From assembly GCA_964016885.1 (NCBI GenBank), contig OZ024753.1, forward strand, positions 41,850,001 to 41,914,000: a stretch of DNA of 64,000 bases, written 5' to 3'. Both the position numbers and the translations under genes were made by a program. This DNA is from Eledone cirrhosa (taxonomy: Eukaryota). Below, in pieces: positions 26,365-39,400 of this stretch; position 1 is the stretch's first letter; the number at the start of each line of letters is the position of its first letter. The notes under the pieces were generated by a model. The model did not search any database and had not been told where the DNA came from. It saw nothing but the letters and a program-made list of their open reading frames with translations.

Positions 26365-28008
26365 AACAATTAAATATAAAAATGTGTTTTATCATCTGGT
26401 GATTTGAGTGTTTCGAACAACAATGCAAAAATCATAAAAAAAAAAAAAAAACAATCTGTAAAATGTAGAAAATGTCTTGAAGTAGTTTAAAAAATAAATA
26501 AGTCATGATAATAAATATTATTAAAAAAACGCTTTAAGTCCCAAAATAATTCTATCTACAAACATACATTAACATAGACTGACATCGACATACATTAACA
26601 TAGACTTTTACACCAACATACATTGACACTTTTGTTGACAACCAATCTATCTACATTAATATAGATTGGCATTTAGACATTTAGATCCTTTTCTTGACAT
26701 CCAATTAGTATTTCATTACACAAACACTTCTCAAACAATTAATTAGAGAGGAAAAAAAAAAGCAAATAAAAGTGGGTCTTGTTTTGTTATATACAAAAAA
26801 ATCTATATTACTTATTTACTTGTTTTGTGTTGACACATGCAGTGAAGGAGGAGGTATGTATGTGTGGTGATTTAGTGGTCAGGGTGTTTAGCTCACAATC
26901 ATAGTCGTGAGTTCGATTCCCAGACTGGATGGTGTGGTGTGTTGTATTGTGTTCTTGAGCGAAACATTTTTCTTTTTCTTTATGTTGCTCTACCGATCCC
27001 ACTCAGCTGGCAAGAAAAAAAAAAAAAAAAATTCAAAAAAGCCAGCTTTGCTGTCACATTACTGTGTATCGCTGAATCTCCCTGAGAATTACATCTCTGT
27101 GCAATGTACAAGCACGAGCAGGCTTATTCCATTGTTCTTGAACAACTGGAACACTCATTGTTGTAGAAACCAATGGAGGCCCAGCAAACACACACACTCT
27201 ACATTACACACTCTACACACAATATATGTATGTTTCTAATTTCTGCTCCTAAAGCAAATTGTGGGAGGAAGGTATTTTCTTGTATTTGTTTTTTTTTTGT
27301 TTTTGTTTATTGTTTGTGTTTTTGTTTTGTTTTGTTTATTTTTTTTTTTACATTTTCACCAACATTATTTACATATTGAGAGGAATATTTTAATTAGAAA
27401 GTAGAGACTGGAACCAGAGTAAAATACATATAATTTACCAAGTTTATATAATCAAAAACAACAATTGCTAGAGTATTTTTAATATAAACTTAAGTTCCAT
27501 TATAAATAGAATTCTTCTAGCAATGAAATCAAACTAATAAGTTCCAATATTTCATTTAAAAGCAGTTTTTTGTAATGGGAAATTTACAAAAAGAAAAAAA
27601 AAAAAAAAAAGAATTTCTTTTAAATGCATAATTTTTTTTTGTAAGATTTCTCAATGTGGTGCTCATCACTATGATGAATTGAATGATATATATTAAAATA
27701 TAGACATTTTAATTAATTAATTGCAGCAATTTGTTTTTAGGACAGTTGGAAAAAAAAACCCTTATAAATAATTGCTTTACAGGTACCTAAAATATGGAAT
27801 TTGTCACAGCCAGTATATTTTATGTAATATGAATTCCCAGATGAAATTTATCCAGTGCCAAAAAAAAGAAAAAAATTTTTTTAATTTCTCTAAGTCAGAA
27901 ATTTAGTTCTTATTTTTTCTTTTTTTTTTTTTTTCATTTTACAGTTGAAATTTTAAAAGATCAAATCACAAAAGTATTGCTATAATAATAATAATGATAG
28001 AAACTTCT

Positions 28009-28161
28009 TCAGAAATTGATGTCATTAACACCTGTTGGAGTGGTCGGTTGTTCTTTAACAGAAGGATTCTTTAAAGCCACATCAACTTCTTGAATATTCA
28101 AATTAGACAAGTTAAAAGCAACTTTCTGTTCTATCTGATCTTGACAAGCTCGCAAATAATC
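28009..28161 (-). CDS. CCND: Cyclin D exon 5 ([12 protein letters not shown]...[12 protein letters not shown])
   Basis: CAG acceptor; TGA stop at 28011-28009. Confidence 0.94.
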   Translation of the reverse strand, partial: DYLRACQDQIEQKVAFNLSNLNIQEVDVALKNPSVKEQPTTPTGVNDINF

Positions 28162-31100
28162 CTGAAACAAAAATAAAGAAAGTTTTTTTTTCTTTAAAAG
28201 ACATAAATATAAAAATATCTCAACACCATTCAAGTAGTTTTTATTATTTTTGTTTTTTCTTTTACAATATTTTTTTGTAATAATAATATTCTAAATCGTG
28301 GGCCACCCTCGCTACATTCACCTGGGGGTGGCAGCACTTCCATCTCCACCCACACATCCCTTTCCAAGTGGAACTTGGAAAAAGTTGATGAGGGCTTGGC
28401 CAAAGAGAGAAGTGTCTGTCTTGAGTCCAGGAAATAATAATGGAATACAATACAATTATACCAATATTACTTTCTTTTAAACCTCATTATGTTTCAAAAA
28501 ATATAGCAATCACCAAAATCTGAACTAGATATACATAATCTAGTTTAACTTTTAACTGTACCACATAAAACCACATTAGCAAAGCATTCATGCAAAGTAG
28601 AAAACAGTACTATGACTACATCACACTAAATATTAAAGTCTTTACTGCAAATTTTCACAACAATCAACCCATTAAGATACTATCAATATCTGAATTAAGA
28701 AACTTGTTTTTCGATATTTTCTGCTAAATCATTTCAGGATGTTAAGAGTTACAACCAAGCATTACATTTTTTTTATATTATCTTTCCAAATTTAGAAAAG
28801 GATCAACTTCAATAAAAAATTTTTTTAACATTTCATATATTAAGTGGTAGTGCTGGTGCCATGACAAAATGCACCCAATACGATCTGTTAACTAATAGTG
28901 CTGGTGCCATGACAAAATGCACTCAGTACACTCTGTAAAATGGTTGGGATTAGGAAAGGACGCAAGCTCACAGAAAGCATGAAAAATATGGAACATAGGA
29001 ACAAGATGAAGCCTCTCCAACTTGTCCAACCCATGCCAGCATGGAAAGCAGATGTAAAATGATGACAACGACAACAACAGTGATGATGATGAAATTTCAA
29101 AATGTTTCTTACTAATTCAATGTGTGTGATTTCATGTAACCTCTGAAGTAAATTAGAATTCATCATCGGGGTATTTGTTAGGCCTTGCATTGCTGCTCCA
29201 ATACAGCCAACAGCAATTGTTGACGGTGTATATGTCATGAATTTGCAATCTGAAATTAAAATAAACAGTTGAAAATTCTACTACACATATAATAGTAATA
29301 CATGGTGTCCCCCCAAAAAATACATACAGACACCGTCTAACCCATGCTAGCGTGGCAGATAGACGTTAAATGATGATGAGGATGATGATATTGCATGTAC
29401 AGATAATGAAAGTGTGTATACATTTTGGGGGAACATCATCATCATCATCATTTTACGTCCGCTTTACCCTGCTTGCAAGGGTTGGACGGGAACTGATTCT
29501 GGCTTGATTTCTACAGCTGGATGCCCTTCCTAACACCAACCTCATTTAGAGTGAGTACTGGGTGCTTTTTTGCCGTGGCACCTCCATGACCACTTTGCAG
29601 TGGAATGATAGAGACCCCAGTCCCTATCATCTCATTTCTACAGCTGAGTAAACTGGAGCAATGTGAAATAAAGTGTCTTGCTCAAGGAAACAACACATCA
29701 CCCGGTCTGAGAATTGAACTCACAACCTTTCGATTGCAAGGCCAATGCTCTAACCACTAAGCCATGTCCCTCCATCCTGCATATATATATGGGGTAGATG
29801 TGGGCTCCATAAGCTGTAGTGAAAGCAACCCGACTAGGAGAGTAGACACTAAAAAAAAAACAACAGGTTGGAGCAGACTCTTGAATCCAGTAAGACCTCT
29901 CTAGTGCTGGTGGCATGAATAATGTACCCAGTCCACGCTGTAAAGTGGTTGGTGATAGGAAGGGCATCCAACCAGAAAAACCCTGCCAAAATACGACATA
30001 TTGTGAAAACACATGGTTCAGTGGTTAGAGAATTCGAGTCACAATCGTGAGGTTATGAGTTCAATTCCTGGACTAGATGATATGTTGTGTCCTTGAACAA
30101 CACAGTTTATTTCACATTGCTCCTTCTACCAGGAGTTGTAACCAGTAGACAGTATCAGCAATGGAAAGACCAATGGGAACATTGTTTCCTTGGTCCGATT
30201 TAATGAATTCCACCCCTACTCAGTAAACAAGGGCTGGGATCTGGTCAATTTTTTTTGTAAAGGTAAAAATGAAAAAAATTGCCAAAGACTAAAACATAGT
30301 ATTGTACTTACCTGTATAACACATTGCTATAAATGTGTGTGCATGTTTTTTAATGATATTTGCCCTCAGTGAATCTATCGGGAGACGTCTTAAAATAAGT
30401 TCCACGAAATCATTTGGTGTAATAGCCATAAGATCCCATTTCAAAACACACAACAAATGAACCTCCATTGCCTGAATTAAATAAAAGATTAAACCTTATA
30501 AATATCGAAGAAGAGTTAGGGTAAGTGTTAAGAGTCCCATAGGCAGAAAATAACACTAAAACAGTTGACCACTATAGATGAAGATTGACAAAACTGAGTA
30601 ATTCACTCAATTTTCTTAACTATTATTTATAGTGGTTGATTGTTATTACAGTTGTTTTCTAAGTTTGGGAGTCGCACATTTTCAAATTTTAAAAGATGAG
30701 GGGAAATACATTTTTTTTCTTTCTCAGCCCTTCCTAATAATGCCAACCATGCCAAAATGGAACGTATAAGCAAGACACTGACATCTGACCTGTTTGTCTG
30801 TCAGTCGGTCAAGCAAGTCTCAGAACACAACAGACAACCTATCTAAACCTTGTCAGCATGGAAAATAGATGTGAATGAAGATGATGATGATGGTAGTGGT
30901 GGTGATGATGATGGTGGTGGTGGTGATGATGGTGGTGGTGGTGGTGGTGATGAGGATGATGGTGATAGTAGTGGTGATGATAATGACAGTGATGGTGGTG
31001 ATGATGACAATGATGATGGTGGTATTGATGATGATGATGATGATGATGACAATGACAATGAGGCAGTGTTGGTGGTGTTCATGGTAATGATGATGATGGT

Positions 31101-31520
31101 AGTGGTGTTGATGATGACGGTGGTGGTGGTGACAGCAGTAATGATGAGAATGATGATGATGATGTCAGTGGAAGGAATTTTCGAAGGTCAAGAAAGAAAA
31201 GCACTTGTAGATTAAGATTGTGGAGAAGAGAATTAAATAGTTAATCAGATTAGAATAGTTTAGATAAGCCAGTAAATACTTGAGAGATAAACTGAGTGAG
31301 TGAGATAGTGAGATAGGATAGCTGAGAGGTGTGTGTGTGTGTGTGTGTATATATGTATGTATATATATATATATACACACACATATATATATATATATTT
31401 ACATACACATACATGTATACACACACATACATACACCCATATACATGTATACACACACATACATACATACACACATATATACACACACACACACATATAT
31501 ATATACACACACACACACGC

Positions 31521-31553
<33 letters not shown>

Positions 31554-34505
31554 CATATATATATACACACACACACATATATACACACACACACACACAT
31601 ATATATATATATCATTTCATTCATCATCATATATATATCATCATCATCATCATCATCATTTAACGTGCATATTCCACGCTTGCATGGGTTTGGACGGGAG
31701 TTTTCCCACTTGAGGCAAGAGTGGTTGTCTTGCTCGTATAGGACTGTCTGGCGGGTTTTCTACGGCTGGATGCCCTTCCTAACACCAACCACGTTTACAG
31801 TGTGGATATATATATGTATATATGTATATACACACACACACACACACATGTATATATATATAGCAAGGTATTGTTGTAAAGGATCTTAAGAAATACCCAA
31901 ATAAAGTATTTTAGTTGTTTTTTTTACTGGCTTCATACATGAAACTGTGGCCATGCTGGGGCACCTCCCTAAAGAGATTTTGTCGATCACCACCACCCCA
32001 GTACTTTTTCCTTTCAAGTCTGGCATTTATTTTATCAATGTAATTTCTTTTGTTGAACTGTTGGGTTACAGGACATAAACACACACACACACACATGGTA
32101 TGATGTGGTCCCGTAACTCCTGATAGAGGAGTTGTTGGGATACCAAATTGGCATACAGCATTTCTTGGCCATTTTAAGCCTGGTGGAGCCCATCCTTCTC
32201 CAGGCCTGATTACAGCAGATTTCTTCCAGAGAGAGGAAGAAAGATTGACCCCAGTACTAGACTGGTGCCTTTTTATTTAAAAAAAATTTTTTTTTTTATC
32301 GACCTCGAAAGGTTGAAAGGCAAAGTTGACCTCGGTGGGATTTGAACTCAGAGAGCAGAGAACCAGAAATAATACCACAAACATTCTATCCGACGTTCTA
32401 ACACCTCTGCCAATTATATACATATATATATATATATATATATCTCTATACATATATATATATAATATGGATGAAGGAAGCCTTTATTAAAGCCAGGTGG
32501 TTGGTGGGGGATGTCACCGATAGGGTGAAGAGAAGATTGTCACAATATCCTAAATAGCTAACCCTTGCTAAAGCAGGAAAAATGACCTTAAATCTCTTAT
32601 TGTATTTGGTATGGGATTGAACCTGGAGCTACATGGTTGCAAAGCAAAACTCCTTAACCACGCAACCAAGACACATATATATATATGCAGAAGTTATATT
32701 TAATTTGTTGGGATTCCAACAAGCTTAAAAGTTTATAACTGATTACTGGAGTAAATATTCAATATATTAATAAATGGAAACTATCGGTGACCCCCCCCAC
32801 ACACACACACACCTGGCTTTCATTAAGTCTTCCTTCATCCCTGGCAAACTTTCTTGGGTCTTCACCTTCTATCTCTCTTCATAACATTCACCACTGGCTT
32901 TATTCCTCTCACCCAGTCACTTTCATCCTTCCTCAACACAAGACCCAACCATCTCATTCTATTTCACAACATTCACCTCCGGTTCTATTCCTATCATCCT
33001 CTACAATTCATTGTCGCTCTCTCTTTCTTTCTCTTTTTCAGCAATACTCCACTCATCCAATGGACCATTTATTTTCCCTTATTTACCAATAAAACAGAAT
33101 ATAATATGCTCACCAGTAGACTTTCTAACGTAATAGAATGATCTGTGTACATGACCAGTTTCTCTGCAGCTAATGGGGTTGTCTGTGTCATTTTTGATGA
33201 CAGGAACATACAAGCTGATCCAAGCAGCTGTAACTGGTTCCTTTTAATTCGGTGTACACATAGAAATCGATCCAGGTAATTCATGGAGAGTGGAAATACT
33301 TCTTCTTCACAGCTCAATTCTCCACAAACCTGAAATTGTATGAAAGAACACATATATTTAGAGTGGGTTAGTGATTGGTTTTAGGGAGTTTAACCATTTA
33401 GCAGTGTCTGGCTAGAATTCTCTCACCTCTTTCTGTTCAAGTTCAAACCAATATATATATATATATATATATATATGCTTGCTCTCTTGCCCTATAGTCT
33501 TTATTTACAAATGCACCCCATTAGGTTTAACATGTCTTTCCATGACAATTTTCCTGAATTTTCCTTAATATCCATTCAGTATTGTTCTAAATTTTGGCTT
33601 GTTCTAGCCAATGATATTTCTAGTTTTTTTCCTTGCTCTGATGAGTCCTAAGTAATGGGACGAAACATTGTCAGCAATTAAAGATTTTTGATATATTAAG
33701 GCTTCTTTGTTAATTTTTTATATAAATATATATATATATGGTGGCTGCCAACTCGTTTTCGAGTATGGCCACTACTTTATATCCATGTAGGAGAACTCCT
33801 ACCGATGCGCTGAACGAATGTGACTTTAGTCCAGCCAGCGACTTGAAAACTCTGGTACAAACACTACACTTGTGACAATTATTGACACATAGTGCTGGGC
33901 CCATGGTACCATGTGACGAGTAGTGCAGAGAGATCTCCAGATATAAAGCAATGCCTGTGCCGTGAAGCTTTTATAGTGAGCAAAGGGACTGCACAAAGCC
34001 AGTCCCACTCTCTTAACCAAGATGATATTTACCAAAAAGAAGAACAAGTCAACATCATTGGATACATACATACACACATGCATATATATACATACATATA
34101 TATATACATGCCACCTTTTTACAGAGGAGGGCCACGTGAATATTTGTGACTATGTACTTCTAACCAGTTGAGTTTACACATGTTGCCACTCCTACAAGCC
34201 TGTAAGACTTATGAAGAAATATCTGCATATGAAGATAGCAATGCTACATACTTGTGCTACACACATAGCACATAGCACACACTCCTTCCATTGCAACTAC
34301 GTGTCCAGTGACAAGCGAAGGCAAGATAACAGGACAGTCATGATGATCGCATGTGTTATTGCCGTGGAGTTTAATATCTGCTGGAGGTGTAGCTATATTC
34401 ACCTTGCTTGTCCAATTGTAAGTTGGTGAATGGCAGATGACTCTGAGGACTTTATCAGCACTTTGACACCTCATGGTTTTTGTGGTGTTGGGCTTCTACT
34501 TAACC

Positions 34506-34538
<33 letters not shown>

Positions 34539-35907
34539 CCGTCTAACCTATGCTAGCGTGGGAAATGGACGTTAAACGAAGATGATGATGATGATGATGA
34601 TGATATATAAAAATAATTATATTTATATATAAGAATATATATATACCAGTAAGAAAGTAGCTCAATGTAAAATATCAAGTATAATACAGAGCAGAAATAC
34701 AACATAAATTTATGTTGTATATATATATATATATACTAGCTGAGGTACCCGGTAATACCTGGGAGCAGGGATATTTATTCCCAGTTCCCATTAAAATGCC
34801 CAATGCCTCTCAGACCAAAAATGAAATAAAAAATATAGGACAGATAATGAAAAGCGAAGACAAATTCATTTCGAAACAATAATACAAACAAATATTGTTG
34901 ATTACATTGGTCAGGTGAAAAATGTTTGTCAGAGAAGTTGAGTGTTGCTATAAGGAAAAGAATAGAACCTCCATTAGTGTGTCTTAATATTATTGAAATT
35001 TGCTGAAAGTTTGTGAATAGGCATCATATCTTGTCATTTACCTATGGTTTAAATTTCATATAAATCGAAGGGAAAAATTTTTCAGCGGGGGTTTGAGCCC
35101 CCAGGGAACCCTTTGATTAAAATGAAAGATACGTAAGAAATCAAATGGGCATGAGCCCCACACATGTGTCAAGTTTCATCAAGATTGGTTTGGTAGTTTT
35201 TGAGCTTTAGGTTCACAAACAAACAGACAGAAATTGCCATTTATGCATATATATATATATCATCATCATCATCATTTCATTTTACGTCCGCCTTTTCCCT
35301 GCTTGCAAGGGTGGGACGGGAACTGATTTTGGCTTGATTTCTACAGCTGGATGCCCTTCCTAACACCAACCTCATTTACAGTGAGTGCTGGGTGCTTTTT
35401 TGCTGTGGCACCTCCACGACCACTTTGCAGTGGAATGATATGGACCCCAGTCCCTATCACCCCATTTCTACAGCTGAGTAAACTGGAGCAATATGAAATA
35501 AAGTGTCTTGCTCAAGGAAACAACTTTATTTCACATTGCTCCAGTTCACTCAGCTGTAGAAATGAGATGATATATATATATATATATAATACATACACAG
35601 ATATATATTTCATCACTATCGTTTAACATCCATTTTCCACGCTTGCATGGGGTGGGCATGTTGTCACATTATAAAACACGTCAGGTGAAGTGACTATGTC
35701 ATGCTCATACGGATTTGCATTGTGGCTTCCTTTCTACGGCCGGATGCCCTTCAGAATGTCATGTCACCAACACAACCACTTTACAGGGTGAACTGAGTAT
35801 TTTGTTTTCTAGTGTCACCATCATGAATACTTTACAGAGTGGACTGAAGGCTTTTTTTTCTCATGTCACCAGCAAGACTACCTCATATATATATATATAT
35901 ACACATA

Positions 35908-35943
<36 letters not shown>

Positions 35944-37407
35944 TACACATTCCTGTGGTGTCAATTACAATGTGACCACAGAAATGCGTATTATAACTAT
36001 GATATTATGTTATATAAGAACTTATGGAAATCTAGCCATCATATTTTATTATTGCAGATTAGTAGTATCAGTAGAGCATCAGACAATATTCTTTATGTTC
36101 TGAGCTTAAATATCGATTTCTCTTTCATCCTTACAGCACCAGTAATTCACTGGGGTCAATTTGATTGAATTTCTCCTTTCGTTTGTATTTAGAAACTACA
36201 TTCTGACACAAATATATATGCACACATACATATGTATATACACATATAAATATACAGATAACCCATGCTAGCGTGGAAGGTGGACATTAAACGGAAATGA
36301 TAATATATATATATATATCTAGGAATACTTTTGATCAATACACTATAATATCGATCATATCTAGTAATCAATAAATGACACACCAATGGTGAAAAGAACA
36401 AGTCGGATCCTACACCTCAGATAAACATATCCAAGACCATGTGTAGATATATTGATACATAGGCGCCAGAAAAGGCAGGATGGCAAGTAATGAACTTATA
36501 TAAGGATGATAAATAGTGAGTCTTAAGGCCTATACAGATCTGTTTCAAGCCAACAAGAAATACTGGTTTCTTATGTAGGTACAAGGCCATCAGTTTTGGG
36601 GGGAGGGGAAAGTCGATTAAATCGACTCCAGTGCGTGAAAAGTACTTTATTTTATCGACCCCGTAAGGATGAAAGGCAAAGTTAACCTCGGCGGGATTTG
36701 AACTCAGATCATAAAGGCCGTAATAATTGTTTCTACTTTTGGCACAAGGCCAGCAATTACCCAGTGCATTACTGGTACTTTATTTTATCGACCCCGTAAG
36801 GATGAAATGCAAAGTTAACCTCGGCAGGATTTGAACTCAGATCATAAAGGCTGTAATAATGTAGATTACCATTATTAGATAAAAGGCATCATTAAGATAT
36901 TTGGCTCTCCTCAGTAGGAAATAACTTAAATTGTTTTCAATATTACAAACATCAATTTACTAATGTAAATAAATTTGTAGGATTTGAACTCATTATTCAC
37001 ACAAAGCTCCAGCTGTCAGCCATGCAGTCAAATCACAAACTGTGAAAGCACATGTATAATAGCTAAGCAGATGGCTATAGGCAGGTCAATAGAAATGCTA
37101 AAAATAGTTCCTCTGTAGGCCCAATAGTCAGCTCAACTGAAATTATAAACATCGGGAGGAGAAGTAGAGAAAAAGTTTTGATAACTACACAATAATATTA
37201 ATATATGTGTGTGTATATATATATATAGACACATCATCATCATCATCATTTTCATATACATATTAATATACACATACATATTAATATTGTTGTGTAGTTA
37301 TCAAAACTATTCCTCCACCTCTCCTATATATATATATATATATGCATATATATATATATATACATTTGCATATATATATATATATATATATACACATACA
37401 TTTGCAT

Positions 37408-37441
<34 letters not shown>

Positions 37442-37622
37442 ACATTTGCATATATATATATATATATATATACATATATATTTGCATATATGTATATATA
37501 TTTGCATATATGTATATGTATACATATATATTTGCATATATGTATATATATACATATATATTTGCATATATGTATATATATTTGCATATATGTATATATA
37601 TACATATATATTTGCATATATG

Positions 37623-37672
<50 letters not shown>

Positions 37673-37954
37673 TATAGACATATATATATATATATACACA
37701 TATAAATATAAATACATATACATACACACATATATATATACATATAAATATATATGTATACACTGTATAGATACACACATATCTCTCTTTATATCAACGT
37801 TTCCATTGTAGCATGGGTCAGACAGCTGGTTGCCCTTCCTGGTATTAAGACTTTTAATGGCATCTTACAGCATGCAGGAATACGTTGTGCTTATTCTAAA
37901 CCGGATACATACATATATATATATACAAATATACACACACATATATATACAAAT

Positions 37955-37985
<31 letters not shown>

Positions 37986-38702
37986 CAAATATACACACAC
38001 ACACACATATATATATATACAAATATACACACACACACACATATATATACAAATATACACACACATATATATATATGCAAATATACATATACAAATATAT
38101 ACACACACACACACACATATACACATAAATATATATATGTATACACACATTTATTTATACACGCACACACACACATCCATAGTCATACATACATATATAC
38201 ACATCATCAATTAACATCCGTTTTCCATGCTGGCATATATATACGTATACACACACACACATACATTTTATATATATATATATATATACAGCTTTATTTA
38301 TATCAACACAAATATATATATATATATATTTACACACACACACACACATATATATAATACATACACTCGAGAGAATATATATATATATATTTAACGAGGT
38401 ATCGTTTAAGACACACCAAACTAATGAAACATTTGTTAATACTTTAAATAAACCCTATTGTACAACCGATCCAGGTTATTTACTATATATTTATATATAT
38501 ATATATAACTTTATATATATATATATATAACTAAACTTTTGTAAACATCCAAAGTTGGTAGAGCACTCAATCCGAGAGACGACATATATATATACACAAC
38601 TTTATATATAACTAAACTTTTGTAAATATCCAAAGTTGGTAGAGCACTCAATCCGAGAGACGACATATATATATACACATATATATATATATAAGTATGT
38701 GT

Positions 38703-38741
<39 letters not shown>

Positions 38742-39131
38742 ATATGTATAGAACAAACAATGGAAAAAATAAGTATTTCTTTTCTGTACTTCTTTTAATA
38801 ATATACGATCTAAACGGGAGAAGTGGATCATTATTATTATATCTCTATATATATCCATATATATTATATACACACATATATATTTATATTTATATATATA
38901 TATATAGAGAAAAGAAAAGTTTATAAAAAGTTATACCTCCAACATCCATTGCGCTACCATTACTCTCATGTGAGGTTTTAAATCATCTTGAACACAGGAA
39001 AAGTAATTTGCAGATGGCTGATATCTCTCTTCAGTACTTAAAAGATTTTGTAAAACACGATCGTCATCTATTAAATTAGGATCTTCATAAGCTCTTCTTA
39101 ATGTATCAGTCTCGCAACATATTAGTTCCAT
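28009..39131 (-). CDS. CCND: G1/S-specific cyclin D, complete 5-exon CDS, 286 aa
   Basis: N-terminal LxCxE (LICCE), cyclin box ([13 protein letters not shown]...MNYLDRFL...[14 protein letters not shown]), LKWDL and C-terminal TPT phosphodegron; exons 195, 216, 160, 137, 153 nt join in frame. Confidence 0.96.
29113..29249 (-). CDS. CCND: Cyclin D exon 4 ([24 protein letters not shown]...THIEL)
   Basis: CAG acceptor, GTAAGA donor, 137 nt. Confidence 0.94.
29435..29773 (-). mobile_element. Young CORE-like SINE copy
   Basis: Near-identical to 7482-7812. Confidence 0.85.
30312..30471 (-). CDS. CCND: Cyclin D exon 3 ([22 protein letters not shown]...[11 protein letters not shown])
   Basis: CAG acceptor, GTAAGT donor, 160 nt; not in the ORF track. 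Confidence 0.95.
30872..31164. repeat. (GAT/GGT)n trinucleotide tract (expanded SINE tail)
   Basis: Follows the GCATGGAAAATAGATGTGAA SINE terminus. Confidence 0.8.
33114..33329 (-). CDS. CCND: Cyclin D exon 2 ([14 protein letters not shown]...ITLESLL)
   Basis: CAG acceptor, GTGAGC donor, 216 nt. Confidence 0.95.
33633..33677 (+). ncRNA. Minimal type-I hammerhead ribozyme motif, probably in a Penelope-like element terminal repeat
   Basis: TTGCT-CTGATGA-GTCC(taagtaatg)GGAC-GAA-AC(att)GT-C-AGCAA: intact core, perfect stems I and II. Confidence 0.75.
33738..33890 (-). mobile_element. RTE-type LINE 3' end with C-terminal zinc-finger remnant
   Basis: Translates [18 protein letters not shown], then short 3' UTR and (TA)n. 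Confidence 0.65.
34735..35250 (-). mobile_element. Non-autonomous Helitron-like element
   Basis: 3' hairpin CCCAGGTATTACCGGG followed by CTAG-T; shares about 150 bp with 50928-51226. Confidence 0.6.
35261..35572 (-). mobile_element. Young SINE copy with 5' inversion
   Basis: Matches the 7482 copy up to CTCAAGGAAACAAC, then continues as an inverted copy of the preceding 50 bp. Confidence 0.8.
37325..38390. repeat. Compound (TA)n/(CA)n microsatellite with recurring TTTGCA and CAAATA interruptions
   Basis: Direct reading. Confidence 0.85.
38937..39131 (-). CDS. CCND: Cyclin D exon 1 (MELICCE...AQWMLE)
   Basis: AACATGG start context; GTATAA donor; 195 nt. Confidence 0.94.
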
Positions 39132-39368
39132 GTTGAAAATTCCTTTCTTATTCTTCTTAATAATCCGACTTGGCTTCGTCGTCTCGGCATACACACAACA
39201 CCACACGAAACCAAATATAAAGTTATGTATCATCAACAAAACCACATCTCCCGTTCGAATTAATAAATTAAAAGTTATATTTCATATATTTATGTGTGTA
39301 TATGTATATATATATATTTGTGTGTGCGTGCATATATTTATATATATATATACGGTTGTATGTATGTG

Positions 39369-39400
<32 letters not shown>

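Noticed and set aside
30843-31215. Asp/Gly-rich and Ser/Pro-rich ORFs
   Set aside because: Trinucleotide expansion of a SINE (GAT)n tail inside cyclin D intron 2.
34110-34505. GC-balanced unique block with short ORFs in cyclin D intron 1
   Set aside because: No recognisable domain, splice pattern or termini; probably a decayed transposon fragment that cannot be classified by eye.
37209-38357. Many Tyr/Ile/His/Thr ORFs (also 26016-26428 and 31250-31889)
   Set aside because: (TA)n/(CA)n microsatellite artefacts.
38931-39245. Extended cyclin D N-terminus upstream of MELICCE
   Set aside because: The ORF track begins at a non-ATG codon; the ATG at 39131 has good context and places LxCxE at the usual N-terminal position.
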